Assembly (NCBI GenBank): GCA_964016885.1
Contig: OZ024740.1
Location: 332,196,001-332,260,000 of the forward strand
Length of the DNA: 64,000 nt
Direction: 5' to 3'
Source: Eledone cirrhosa
Taxonomy: Eukaryota
Of this stretch, positions 32,592 through 46,096 are shown piece by piece. Both the position numbers and the translations under genes were made by a program. Under the pieces are notes generated by a model. The model made no database searches. It had not been told where the DNA came from and saw only the letters and a program-made list of their open reading frames with translations. Position 1 is the stretch's first letter. Each line of letters opens with the position of its first letter.

Positions 32592-33433
32592 TTGGATATA
32601 TTGTTCCATCAATTCGTCTCTGAAAATGCCACGCAGTTAAATTGTGTCTGTAAAAAGGAAAGGAAATGAAGTAGAATTGTTTGATAGATTCGAAAAGATT
32701 TCGATCGTTCAGGATTCCACGTTTATGTCGATGTTTAAATGCAGGCTTAAACACACTACATAAATACAGATGTGTGTATGTATATATATATATATGTGTG
32801 TGTTTATGTATGCGTGCATGTGGCAGTTCCTAACTCTATATATTTCTATTCGCAGAATAGTGTGAGATTCTTTGTGGTAGACGCAATTGTATAAATATAT
32901 AGTCATACGGTTGTGGAAGTATTTTGTTTCTTTCTATTGCAACAAGATTTACGAGGTGAATTCGAAAACAAGAAAGCGGAGTAAGCATTCAATGTGCTAT
33001 TATTTAGAAATATTTTATTTTTCGTGAGTATATTTCGGAAGTGAAAATTCAAGAATAACTTTACTATATCAATGTTTAGACGTTTGACGGCATAACGTAA
33101 TTGACCTGGCATCAGATTGTTTACTTGAAGTGCTGGGTCATATTGAAGTAGACATAAGTCTTGTCGACTGTAATAACGATGAAATCTTTCAGCGAGAAAT
33201 GATAAACGATCTCGTGCAATCTGGCGAATTATTTGCCGTAAACAAATCTACACCACAACAGGAACTGTAATGCTACTTTTCAAGCATTTTCACTTCAGTT
33301 TGTTGATTTTATAACATAAATCTACTCAGGAGAAGACAGATAAATCCAGAGATAAGTCAGGCATGTGTGAAAAGGCGTATGAATCTGCCTCAGTCCACTA
33401 TTTATACGTAAACACACACCAAAACCTCCCGCA

Positions 33434-33504
<71 letters not shown>

Positions 33505-33627
33505 AGTTGGAAACTCAGAGTAGTCTCTTGCAATTAAATAGCTCTAAGAAAAAAGCTTTTCACCCTAGCAAACTTGGTCCTTACGATTCGAACACATGTA
33601 TATTAGTCTTCATCTCTCTTGTTTATT

Positions 33628-33699
<72 letters not shown>

Positions 33700-33982
33700 C
33701 TTGTGTGCATAATTGTATATCATCCTATTTATTCTTGTTTCCTTTGGTGAACGAGCTCCCTGCTGTTCTGTACCTCAATAGATACGTATTTTGTATCGCT
33801 ATTTGTGTCACGTCAGTCAAAATACTCATAAAGATAATTCCTTATAGCTACGGGTGCACTCGAGCGTGCAAGTAATCCTAAGAACCGAAATGTTGCTGGT
33901 GAGTGGAGGTTTTGGTTCGACTATCCATTGTTATCTCAATTTGCTCAAATTGCAATGATAGACGCACAAATACATCCCCCGT

Positions 33983-34090
<108 letters not shown>

Positions 34091-34145
34091 GGAATAGAAT
34101 GAAACGAAATTTCATTTCTCACTCTTAGTACGGCACTTACTTAAA

Positions 34146-34690
34146 TGTAAGTATGTATGTATGTATACGTACATACATATTTGTATACAGACGTACAGTA
34201 GTATGTATATATATACATACATGCACACATATATATATGCACGTATCGGTTTACCGAACATTTATTATAATGTTCGGTTTGTTTGATTGTACACAAACAA
34301 ACAGGCCGAATTACGCCGTAAAGGTTTAGGCAACCACGTCACCTTTTTGTTCAACAATGACACAGGAACGATGTACTAGTTTCAAGCTTATTAGCTATCG
34401 TCAGCATCGTATACCTTCCTGCCAGATGGTTGAACGTCTGAAAGTATATACTTTCCTTATGCATATTAACGGCTGAGCAGCCTAATTTGCATATCGAGTG
34501 AGTTCAGTGCCTAAACACTGTACGGCGTAATTCGGGCTGTTTGTTTGTTTACAAACAAACAAACCGAGCATTATAATAAATGTTCGGTAAACCGATACGT
34601 GCATATATATATGTGTGCATGTATGTATATATATACATACTACTGTACGTCTGTATACATATATGTATGTACGTATACATACATACTTAC
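34146..34690. mobile_element. Fold-back element with ~185-bp inverted arms enclosing a hammerhead
   Basis: Arms 34146-34332 and 34508-34690 (gcacgtatcggtttaccgaacatttattataatg / cattataataaatgttcggtaaaccgatacgtgc). The outer arm end is also present at 4611-4685. Confidence 0.88.
34368..34410 (-). ncRNA. Intact-looking minimal type-I hammerhead ribozyme
   Basis: Minus strand: acgatg CTGACGA t agct aata agct t GAAAC ta GTA catcgt. Perfect 6-bp stem I, 4-bp stem II, palindromic ACTAGT, GUA triplet. Confidence 0.85.
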
Positions 34691-34741
34691 AAAACACACA
34701 TATATATATATATATATATCATATTTACAGTGCTTCTAATA

Positions 34742-34930
34742 ATAATTGTTTCTACTTTTGGCTCAAGGCCAACAATTATCCCAGTGTATTACTGGTACTT
34801 TATTTTATCGACCCCGTAAGGATGAAAGGCAAAGTTAACCTCGGCGGGATTTGAACTCAGACCCTAAAGGGCCTTATCTCTTTGCTGCAAGACATGGCGT
34901 CCGACCCTCTACCGATACTGCCAATCCACC
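34742..34930 (-). mobile_element. Near full-length Nin-domain-type SINE
   Basis: Same core as other copies plus head ggtggattggcagtatcggtagagggtcggacgcc. Confidence 0.88.
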
Positions 34931-36908
34931 AATAATGCCCATTTCCTTTATTTAGTCACATAATTTATACTGTTGAATGTATTCATAGCTTTTGCTTCTA
35001 TCATTTTTAGATGTTTAACATACTTCAAATATTATTTGTCATTGTCAGCAAATATCTATTATACTGTACTCTACATAACTTTATCGTTTCATTTCCTTTA
35101 ACTGTTTTATCCTCAATACTTGCAGTATTTTAAAGTTAATTTTTGCTATTTCAAAATGTAAGTAATTATATCTAATATGATGCTCATTTGAAAAGCCTGG
35201 TCCTTTTAGTAAATTAAATATTGTGCTTATTCCTCCTAAACCCTTTTTCTGTTTTAAATGCTAAACGACTTTTATTATACATCTAAAATTTATATTTCTC
35301 TGAATTCTCTGCTGAAATCTATACTATGTTAGGTAAAATATTTTGCTAACATTTGACACACGTTATATATAATTAAATGAAAACGTATGGAATTCGTAAA
35401 AAAACAAAAAAAAAACATTAAGACTGCTTTCCACAAAACCACTTTAATACATAAAAGACCAATTGACATATCTTAGTATCACTAACTGGGTGATTACCTT
35501 ATCGATTGCACTAAAGATTGAGTACAGTTCCTTGTTCTCGAATAAAGCACTATTCATATTTTAACTATAGGCTTTTAACAAAATAATTGATATATATCGA
35601 TGGTACAACACCCCCGTGTCGTTGCTCATCTTTCTCTGATTTTGTTATTTATGTTAGTTAAACCACAGGATGATTGTTCACGGGGAGACTACTAATATTT
35701 GTTAAACATATTGTAAATAATTTCCCTATAGATATTTATTCATCGACAATCTCTGTCGTGACGTTTGGTATTATGCATCATATTTATGATTCATAAGCAT
35801 TTCTATTACCGAAAACCTGTACAAAAACTTTATAACATTTCGCATTGTTCTAAATATATATACTTAGTCTCAGAAGATATTTTATAGTTTTATTTCCGCA
35901 ACATTATACTAGTCCGCAATAAAAAAACATTATTTTGGCTGTATCACTTTTCATGAATTTAATCAGGAGGCCCTGTTATTAACTAATTTCTCAAGTATTT
36001 TCCCATGTTGTATAGCTATAAAGAAAATACTTCTCTATACAAAGTCTGATTAATTACGATATCACATTATTTTGTTGCAGCGAAGAAAGTTGCATTGCAA
36101 TATAAAATTAAGTATTCACAAAGGAGTCACGACATTGCATAAATTATTATCTATTATTTAAATGATGTATACATACTGACAATTATTTCGACTTACCTAC
36201 TAATCACTTGAGAAGACGTAAAAATGAAAGAATATAACTATACTAACCCGAATTGTTGTGGTTAATCAGAGTCTTCTTGAGCAAATACTTAAGATTAAAT
36301 AATACAGCGGTAATCATATTAAATAAAATAGATTCTAATTCATTAAGTTTCTTATAACTATTATATAAAGTAACAGGAATTCTAACTGAATTTTGTAATC
36401 CGGTATAATATTTGAAAACAGATTTCCTACTAATATAGTGTAACGTTTTATTTTTCAATGTGTTTTATAACTATTGTGCTCTATCTATAGATTATGTACT
36501 TAACCATTTCGCCTTCAATCTGATATTATATGATATTATCTGAATAACACACACACACACACACACAGACACACACACACACACACACACACACCCACAC
36601 ACACACACACCCACACACACACATACACACACACACACACATACACACACACACGCGCACATATATATATAAATGCAGATGTAAGTCTCTGTTAGTCATA
36701 CACACACAGAAACACATACAGACACACGCACACATAGACACACACACATACACACATTTATATATATGTATATATATGTGTATATATATATGTATGTATA
36801 TATATATATATAAATGTATATATATATACATGTATATACATATATGTATATATATATGTATATATGTATATATATATATGTATGTATAGATATATGTATA
36901 TATATATA

Positions 36909-37287
36909 TCCGGGAGAGATGACCCCTTAGCCTTTGTCAAGGCAGAATTCTAGGAGAAGGAAAACTCTGATATAACACCTGCAACCCTGATGGTATCCAA
37001 TGATGTTGGTTAAGAGAGTGGGACTGGCTTTGTGCAGTGCCTTTGCTCTCTATAAATGCTTCGCGGCACAGGCATTGTTTTATATCTGGAGATCTCTCCG
37101 CACTTGTCACATGGTACCATGGGCCCAGCACTATGTGTCAATTATTATCACAAGTGTAGTGTTTGTACCAGAGTTTTCAAGTCGCTGGCTGAACTAAGAG
37201 TCACACTCGTTCAGCGCATCGGTAAGGGTTTTCCTACATGGATATAAATAGTGGCCGTACTCCAAAACGAGTTGGCAGCCACCATAA
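36909..37287 (+). mobile_element. RTE-derived non-autonomous element, 5'-truncated copy
   Basis: High identity to 38503-38908. 3' part encodes CSVCTRVFKSLA (RTE C-terminal zinc-finger-like) and ends gtggccgtactc..aacgagttggcagccacc plus (TA)n. Confidence 0.7.
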
Positions 37288-37326
37288 ATATATATATGTA
37301 TATATATATATGTATATATATACATA

Positions 37327-37800
<474 letters not shown>

Positions 37801-37819
37801 TTATTTGTTTATTTACATG

Positions 37820-37864
<45 letters not shown>

Positions 37865-38008
37865 GACTTTTGATGTATTGAAGGCTTCTTTGGTTTCTTT
37901 TTTATAATTCTTCGGCTCTGTTTAATTACATTGAGCTATATCCTATACTGTCATTTCTATAATATGAAGATGGTGTTTAACTCCAACACACTCTAGTATT
38001 TTAATTCT

Positions 38009-38093
<85 letters not shown>

Positions 38094-38114
38094 GTATATA
38101 TATATATGTGTGTG

Positions 38115-38167
<53 letters not shown>

Positions 38168-38325
38168 GTATATATATATATGTGTGTGTGTGTGTATATA
38201 TGTATGTATGTATATGTATATATGTATGTATATATACGTGTGTATATGTATACATATATATGTGTGTGTATATATATGTATGTATATGTATATATGTATG
38301 TATATATGTATGTATATGTATATAT

Positions 38326-38908
38326 ACTGGTAACATGTATCCCAGTACAGCCTGTCTCATGGTAGGGTCGTTGACGACTAAATTGGCAACCACACCAAGG
38401 TTTCTTGGTGAGGAGGGTGACTTTGGACATCCTGCAGAACTAAAAACAAAACCTGTCAAAGGGCAAAGGAGCTCTTAAGAGTCAATGGCCATCCAAAATC
38501 ACCGGGAGAGATGACCCCTTAGCCTTTGTCAGGCAGAATTCCAGAAGGAAAACTCTGATATAATACCTGCAACCCTGATGGTATCCAATGATGTTGACTT
38601 GTTCTTCTTTTTGGTAAATATCATCTTGGTTAAGAGAGTGGGACTGGTTTTGTGCAGTGCCTTTGCTCACTATAAAAGCTTCACGGCACAGGCATTGCTT
38701 TATATCTGGAGATCTCTCTGCACTTGTCGTCACATGGTACCATGGGCCCAGCACTGTGTGTCAATAATTGTCACAAGTGTAGTGTTTGTACCAGAGTTTT
38801 CAAGTCGCTGGCTGGACTAAGAGTCACACTCGTTCAGCGCATCGGTAGGGGTTCTCCTACATGGATATAAAGTAGTGGCCGTACTCGAAAACGAGTTGGC
38901 AGCCACCA
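38326..38908 (+). mobile_element. RTE-derived bipartite non-autonomous element (5' UTR joined to 3' end)
   Basis: RTE-like 5' UTR (ggaaaactctga...aacc) joined to a zinc-finger-like 3' end and terminal stem-loop; flanked by (TA)n. Confidence 0.7.
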
Positions 38909-38920
38909 TATGTATATATG

Positions 38921-38960
<40 letters not shown>

Positions 38961-38976
38961 GGTATATATATGTATG

Positions 38977-39069
<93 letters not shown>

Positions 39070-39106
39070 ATATATATGTATATGTATATGTATATATATA
39101 TGTATG

Positions 39107-39137
<31 letters not shown>

Positions 39138-39150
39138 GTATATATATATG

Positions 39151-39199
<49 letters not shown>

Positions 39200-39222
39200 G
39201 TATATGTATATATATATGTATG

Positions 39223-39253
<31 letters not shown>

Positions 39254-39266
39254 GTATATATATATG

Positions 39267-39360
<94 letters not shown>

Positions 39361-41004
39361 CATACACACACCCACACACCCATATATATATATGTGTGTG
39401 TGTGTGTGTGTATACCATTCTCAATAGATATTTGTTATCTTACGAAATCTTGATCATTGCGTACTGATTTCTGCTTACCTCATTAAACAGTCACTTGATT
39501 TAACTGGTCATTTCATCGCTCCGATATATATATATATATATTTTAATTTACATTTGACGTATATCCACACATCAAAACTCATTTTTAGTTGGATTTCAAT
39601 CACATATTGTTATTCGTTTCTAATTCTAATCGAAAGCTGAACTAATGGATATTGACTTTTACTTTTTCATTCCAATAATGTTGATAGTTTGATTGATATA
39701 TATCTAGTGTTATGCCATATCATTACCACAAAACTGAAAACTATATTAGTTAACATTTATAGTGTTTATTTTTAATGCTCAATGCAGTAAATATATTAAT
39801 ATTATATTAACTTTTTTTTCACTTGATATGTGTATCTGAATTATATAATTTCTAAGTAAATATTTTTCATTTCGGTTATAATTGTACACTATTTTGCGCA
39901 TTTACATGAGGATTAGTTCAGAATCTTTACAGCAAGAAAGTGGCAGTTTAATATTTTACTGATCAAAAGAAACCCGCAACATGTCCAAAGTATTTTATTG
40001 TCAATTAGTGATGAATTATTGTCATTGAAAAATAACATTTCATTAGTCTCTGACAAATATCATTTTTCCTTTCATCTCCACATATTTAGTACTAGTTAGT
40101 TCGTTAATGTTACAAATTTTAACTTGTTAAACTAAATCATCTTTCATCAAGGATATAGTAAACTGCACCGCAAACATCTTCCATATGGTTAGGAAATTAG
40201 GCAGAACTAAATATGGGGTAAATATATATTGTAAAAAACATAGCCAATAGAAATGATGATAATATTAAGGAATAGAAGTTACATGTTTTAAACTTTTTGT
40301 ATTTCACCATGCGACTTTTGAAAGAAGCGGATACTAAAAAGAAGACAATATCGCAACCACGAATTTCTATAGTCTCTTCAGAAATTGTGAAACATTAACT
40401 TCTATTATTCTTCAGGGTTTGAAATTCAATGTCAAATGCAGCCCTAAAGCATAACAAACAGATTATTGATATCAATGTTCTACATTCCTTTAATTTTTCC
40501 GTTACATATTGACAGCACAAATCTGCTAAATTAATGAAGGTAATTGTGCTCGATAAATCTGCTTATTTCTTAAATATCCTCCCATACCATAATCACTAAC
40601 ACCTCTATTATATATTTCTTAAACTCTTATGCATATCCATTTACACTCCCTTTCATTCAAGCATTTTAAGTATATATATGATAGTTTAATGATAATAACA
40701 ACGCCATAACGAATACTACCAGCAATACCACTACAACACCGCTGCTATCGCCTACGACGACGACAAAACCATAACAACCACCACCACCTCTACCACTAGT
40801 GCGAACGCTACCGGCTTGACGATGACGACCACCATCCTTTTACGACCAAATTTAAATTAATTTTGATGTAGCTTTTGCTGCAAATTTAGTTATTGTTGAT
40901 ATTGATATGATCAATGTAATTTCCACATATATTACCATATAATTCATAAGATAATTTAAGTTTATCAAGCAGTTAATATGGTCCAATTAATGTGAGAGTA
41001 GATG

Positions 41005-41145
41005 TAGATGAATTTCAGCTTTTCCTTTCATCCTTATGGGGTCGGGTCGATAAATAAAGCACCAGTAATGCACTGGCATCAATTTAATCGACTTTCCCTC
41101 TCCTTCAAATTGTTGACCTAATTCCTAAATCAGAAACTATTATTA
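41005..41145 (+). mobile_element. Diverged Nin-domain-type SINE
   Basis: tttcctttcatccttatggggtcgggtcgataaataaagcaccagtaatgcactgg. Confidence 0.7.
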
Positions 41146-41222
41146 ATATCATTATTGTTGTTTTTCCTTTTCATTTAGTATTGTTTCCGTTATATGCTGA
41201 CTGTTTTCCTGACACCTAGGGC

Positions 41223-41258
<36 letters not shown>

Positions 41259-41499
41259 TGTAGTTGTAGTTGTTGTTGTTTTGTTGTTGATATATTCAAA
41301 CGATTGTAGAAAATCGAAGAGATAGGGCAGACGACAAGCAGTTAAGTTATTGGTGGTCCCAACATTTATGATGTTGTATAAGTGATATCGACATTCTAGT
41401 AGTAGTAAAGAATTTACAAAATAATTATTTCTTAAAAGATTTCCATGGAAACAAAAGCACTAGGTCATATACTACAAATTATATCAGATTATTTCTCAC

Positions 41500-44400
41500 G
41501 TTCCTCTCTGCCGTTTCCTAATTTCGCTCATCGTTTCAGTCTTTTTTGGATTTTAGAATATATCGAAAAGAAACGAGCAAATCGAGATCTTCGGAAAATC
41601 TATGATTTCTAGTATCCATATAGCAAACGGAATAGAATAACTTTAGAAACGCGAATGATTTACTGAAATATATAGACTTATTGAAATCTTATAATAGCCC
41701 CAATTCTAAAGATGCCCGTCATAGAAATGGAGACTCAAATATAATACACACACTGAAATAAAATGGCGGAAAAGAAACCCTATGTTGTAGAAAATGTATT
41801 AAAAAACAAAGAATCCTTATTTCCTCTATATATTGGAAATAGTAATAGTTTAAAGGAATTACAAAAATATGGACAATGTTCTCAGCAAATATTTACGTAC
41901 TGCAGACTTTCAAAAAGCCAGTAATTTGAATACTGAATAAATAATTCAACAGTTTTAACTGCTCCGCTCGTAGTCATGCGACCAAATTAGGCAGATGTCT
42001 TTTCCACACTATATCTGCAAAGTGAAGTTGCAATCATGGTTTACATCGATAAAAGAAACAGTAATACCTGCAACAGATTAAATTAGAAAACCTATTCAGA
42101 TTCTTTCTCAAAGCATTGAAAGTTTAATCTTTTCTAAACGCGGAAAATGAATATGATGAATCCTACACCGTACTCTGTATTTTCTTACATGCATCTCTTC
42201 CAGAAGATGACGATTTTGTTTACATATCCCCTGATATCATGAAAAAGACTATGATGCCGCCAATTGTATAGATGGTATTCTTATATCACGGTCCTATTTC
42301 CAGTAGAGAATGTTTGTTAATATTTATTGTTTACGGTTTCGTCACAACCTCTCCTTTTTTCAATAATTGTACGACGTTTTCTCGTTCTCCCTTCCCATCC
42401 CCTCTCCCTGGGTTTTTTCTCTCCCTCTCTTTATTCCTCACATTCAACCCCTAATTCTCCTTTTTCTTTTCTTAACGTCCCACCTTTTCCTTCTTTCTAT
42501 CTTGTAATCCTTACACGCCATAACGAAAGAACCTGATTTTCTATACTAATTCTCGAGTACTCGTTTTTTATAATATTTTTCCATATTCCTTCCCCAATTT
42601 ATTATTATGCAAAATCTTTGTATCTGAGGTTGTGTCGTTTTGGTCGTACGACGATTTTTCAAATTGTATTTTTTATGCTTACTTTATGTATTCGATTATA
42701 TAAACATTGGTGCATCAAGTTTATTATACGTTATATATAATTGTTTCTACTGTTGGCACAAGGCCAGCAATTAACCCAGTACATTACTGGTACTTTATTT
42801 TATCGACCCCGTAAGGAAGAAAGGCGAAGTTAACCTCGGCGGGATTTGAACTCAGTCCGTAAAGGGACGTAACTATACAATGAATGTATGAAAGATACAG
42901 TTGACGCCAGAGTAATTCGAATTCAAAACGTTATAGAATGCAACACAGCTTGGCGTTTTGCTTGTCACTCTAAGTACTCCAACACGAAAATTAGTGAATT
43001 TTTGAGGTCGGTTACAACCGAAATTTGTGTTCTCGTGTTAAAGACAAACATTATTTTACAATTTATAAACAGGACTATAAACACCATTGCTTTCTATAGA
43101 ATTACATAATAAACAATAATCTAAAGCATGAACATTACAACAATATTCTATTAAAATATATGGATTCGAATTGATATTTATATTTTCCGAAGAGAACAAT
43201 TACGATACCTCTTAAGAATATTATAAAACTGGTTCTCCCGTTTTAAAGATGACAACTGATTATCATTAGAAATAATATAAATTAGGAAAGACAGAAAAAT
43301 ATGACAATTTAAAATGATGGACAAAGAAAACGTGCTTCCAGTAGGCGCCATTTTAATTCAATTTATATTTCTGATATTCATTCATATTTTGGTTTTGTTA
43401 ATAGAGATCATCAATATTTTTCCTTCATTAAAACGTTTCAACACGTGTGCGATAAAATATATCCAGTAAAACATAATATATGACATATTGTGCCATGTTT
43501 CGCACTTTTCCCATTTTTATATAATGAATATTATTTTTGCACGTGTAAAATAATGGTAGTAAAATATTCTGGTAACTAATATGTCAGGTGTGTCATAACT
43601 TTTATTTTCTTTCAGAACTGATTGCAACCTATATGTATGGGGATGTTTATGATATAATATCGAATTGCTTTTTATAGTAATGTCCCTAGATGTATATTGA
43701 GATTCAATAGTGACGAGGAATAGAACATTTTCTGGCATAGTTTGAATACTCACGAATACATTGTGTTTCGTATTAGTAGGAACGGAAATGTATCTGAACT
43801 TGTTGTAAACTCCCATGGTTTATGAAAACATAATTTCAATGTTTTATGTACATTCAAGATACATATTACCTTAAAAAGAACATAAGCATAAGTATTAACA
43901 CAACCTAATTTTACTGTTCACATGTCATTTACAACAAACGATATTGGTATCTACGCACTCTATTGATATATCGAGAGATGTAACATATAATAATTAGATA
44001 GAGATTAGAAATGTTGGTATCTAAAATTTCAAACGATTCAGTATTTCATGATATTTATTTAAAAGTAACAACCGCAATGGAAAGTACCTAGAATCTATAC
44101 ACGTCAAAGAGTATCAATTATATAATAAAAATCATTCTTTTTACGTTTTAATATGTCGAAAGACAATACTTTTTAAAGTGGTTTTTCTAGCTATTTTCTT
44201 CTCCATTTTCTGAAGAGATCTATAAATTGCAATATCGATGTCATTGATGTTAAATCCAGGAATATCTATGGCGGTGTTGTTTTAATAATTGCTGTTATGC
44301 ACGAATAATCATTTTAACAGGTCGGCAGGATGACATTTCTCTAAATACAGATGGAATATTTAGAAATTCAATTGAAACATGTAAACATATGAAACACCGA

Positions 44401-44810
44401 TAAATGATATTCAGTAACGTCTTTGAATGACAGTGAAGCGTATTTACATTACATTCTATATTCTAATTTTCTTATATATTTTCTATGCAAATTATCAATA
44501 ATTCGAAGCGATGTAGTTCAGAGAAATTGTGGCCTGTGATCCCTGCAATTAATAGAACTTCGTATCATTACATATAGTGTTACGTTCAAATTTAAAATTT
44601 AGACCGGTATTTTTTTCCGAGATTAATTACATAGGGATATCGCAAATATGAGGATTTCGCTTCCCTGAAGCTGCCACAGGGCACTTTGTCCATTTTATGT
44701 GTATATTAACCGATTTTCTAAGCCATTATTTATAGCAAACAATTGTGTTTACAGTTATTTCCTGCGTCTCAGTTTCCAGCATTTTCTATGAACTTCATAA
44801 CACCTCGAAA
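41500..44810 (+). pseudogene. Decayed Toll-like receptor-like gene (LRR, Cys cluster, TM and TIR-like segments in order), with SINE at 42738-42876
   Basis: Plus-strand fragments LKYIDL..SYN (~41663), LFPLYIGNSNSLKEL (~41817), RFACHS...FLRSVTTEIC (LRRCT-like, ORF 42888..43109), IYGGVVLIIAV (TM-like, ~44263), FKILDRYFF (TIR box-2-like, ~44590). Confidence 0.4.
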
Positions 44811-44823
44811 TCTCTAGAATTGT

Positions 44824-44918
<95 letters not shown>

Positions 44919-44949
44919 TAAAAAAATAATAAAAAAATAATATTTTTTT

Positions 44950-45090
44950 AATATTTTATCTTGACTCTGTATTCCGTTTATCTTTCACCGAAAGTGATTT
45001 TTCATTGCATCTCTTCTTTCCATGATATCTGGAATACATTGAGTTCTTCATACGGATTGGACACTACCGTAAACTCTTGGTAGATTTATC

Positions 45091-45093
<3 letters not shown>
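44950..45093 (+). repeat. 3' tail copy of the 4036-4590 hammerhead element, between (TA)n tracts
   Basis: Reverse complement of 4036-4180 (atcttgactctgta...gtagatttatctac). Confidence 0.9.
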
Positions 45094-45189
<96 letters not shown>

Positions 45190-45667
45190 GTATATGCATA
45201 TGCGTTTGTATGCTTGTATGTGTGTCTGTGTCTGTGCGTTTGCATGTGTACATGGAAGTGGCAGAGATGTGGAACTATGTGAATACATACACACACACTC
45301 ACATACACAAACATAATAACTAATTATTGTTACATTAGTCTGAATAGATACAATTTACCCAGTATAGCAATTTGTTTCCCAATCTTCCGCAAGTAGCAAA
45401 CGAATAGAGCAAGCCTTAACAGTAGACCAAATATAAACTGTATGTGACCATTATTACACTTTAGGTGATTAACTGAGTTTTGTTGAAGTTACAAATGATT
45501 TGAGCATGTTCGGATCGTATGTAAGCCATCACCGGCAAAATAGGCTTGCCAGTAGATACAATTCATGGGTGTCCACCGGGAAGCATTACAAAAACGTCTT
45601 GTCTGATGACTCTGAGACAAACAGGCGAATCTCCAGGGTAATAAGAGTCACTATTTAGCTTTAATAT

Positions 45668-45840
45668 AATTGTTTCTACTATTGGCACAAGGCCAGCAAT
45701 TACCCAGTGTATTACTGGTACTTTATTTTATCGACCCCATAAGGATGAAAGGCAAAGTTAACCTCGGCGGGATTTGAACTCAGAATGGCAAGGGCCGTAA
45801 CTTCATGCTTCAAAGCATGGCGTCTGACCCTCTACCGATA
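45668..45840 (-). mobile_element. Nin-domain-type SINE
   Basis: Same core as other copies. Confidence 0.88.
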
Positions 45841-46096
45841 TTTAATTTAGCTTTAATATAATGAATATGGTTTAGAAGTGGATTTTAGTGTGAAATATTA
45901 GATGTTTTATTCGATGAAACTGTGAGTACGTTAAAGGTTTCATATGTTAATCTGACGATGCAACAATTACACTCTTTTAAAAATTAGGCTTTCAGCTGGG
46001 AATGTTGTATTACAATTACTCCTATGCGTGTGCTGCAGTAAGCAACACGATTGAAATGACTGGATATTGATCTAAACTATTATTATTATTATTATT

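Noticed and set aside
37960-38005. atgaagatggtgtt...aacacactctagta, a possible very old hammerhead
   Set aside because: Both core halves are mutated; cannot be supported.
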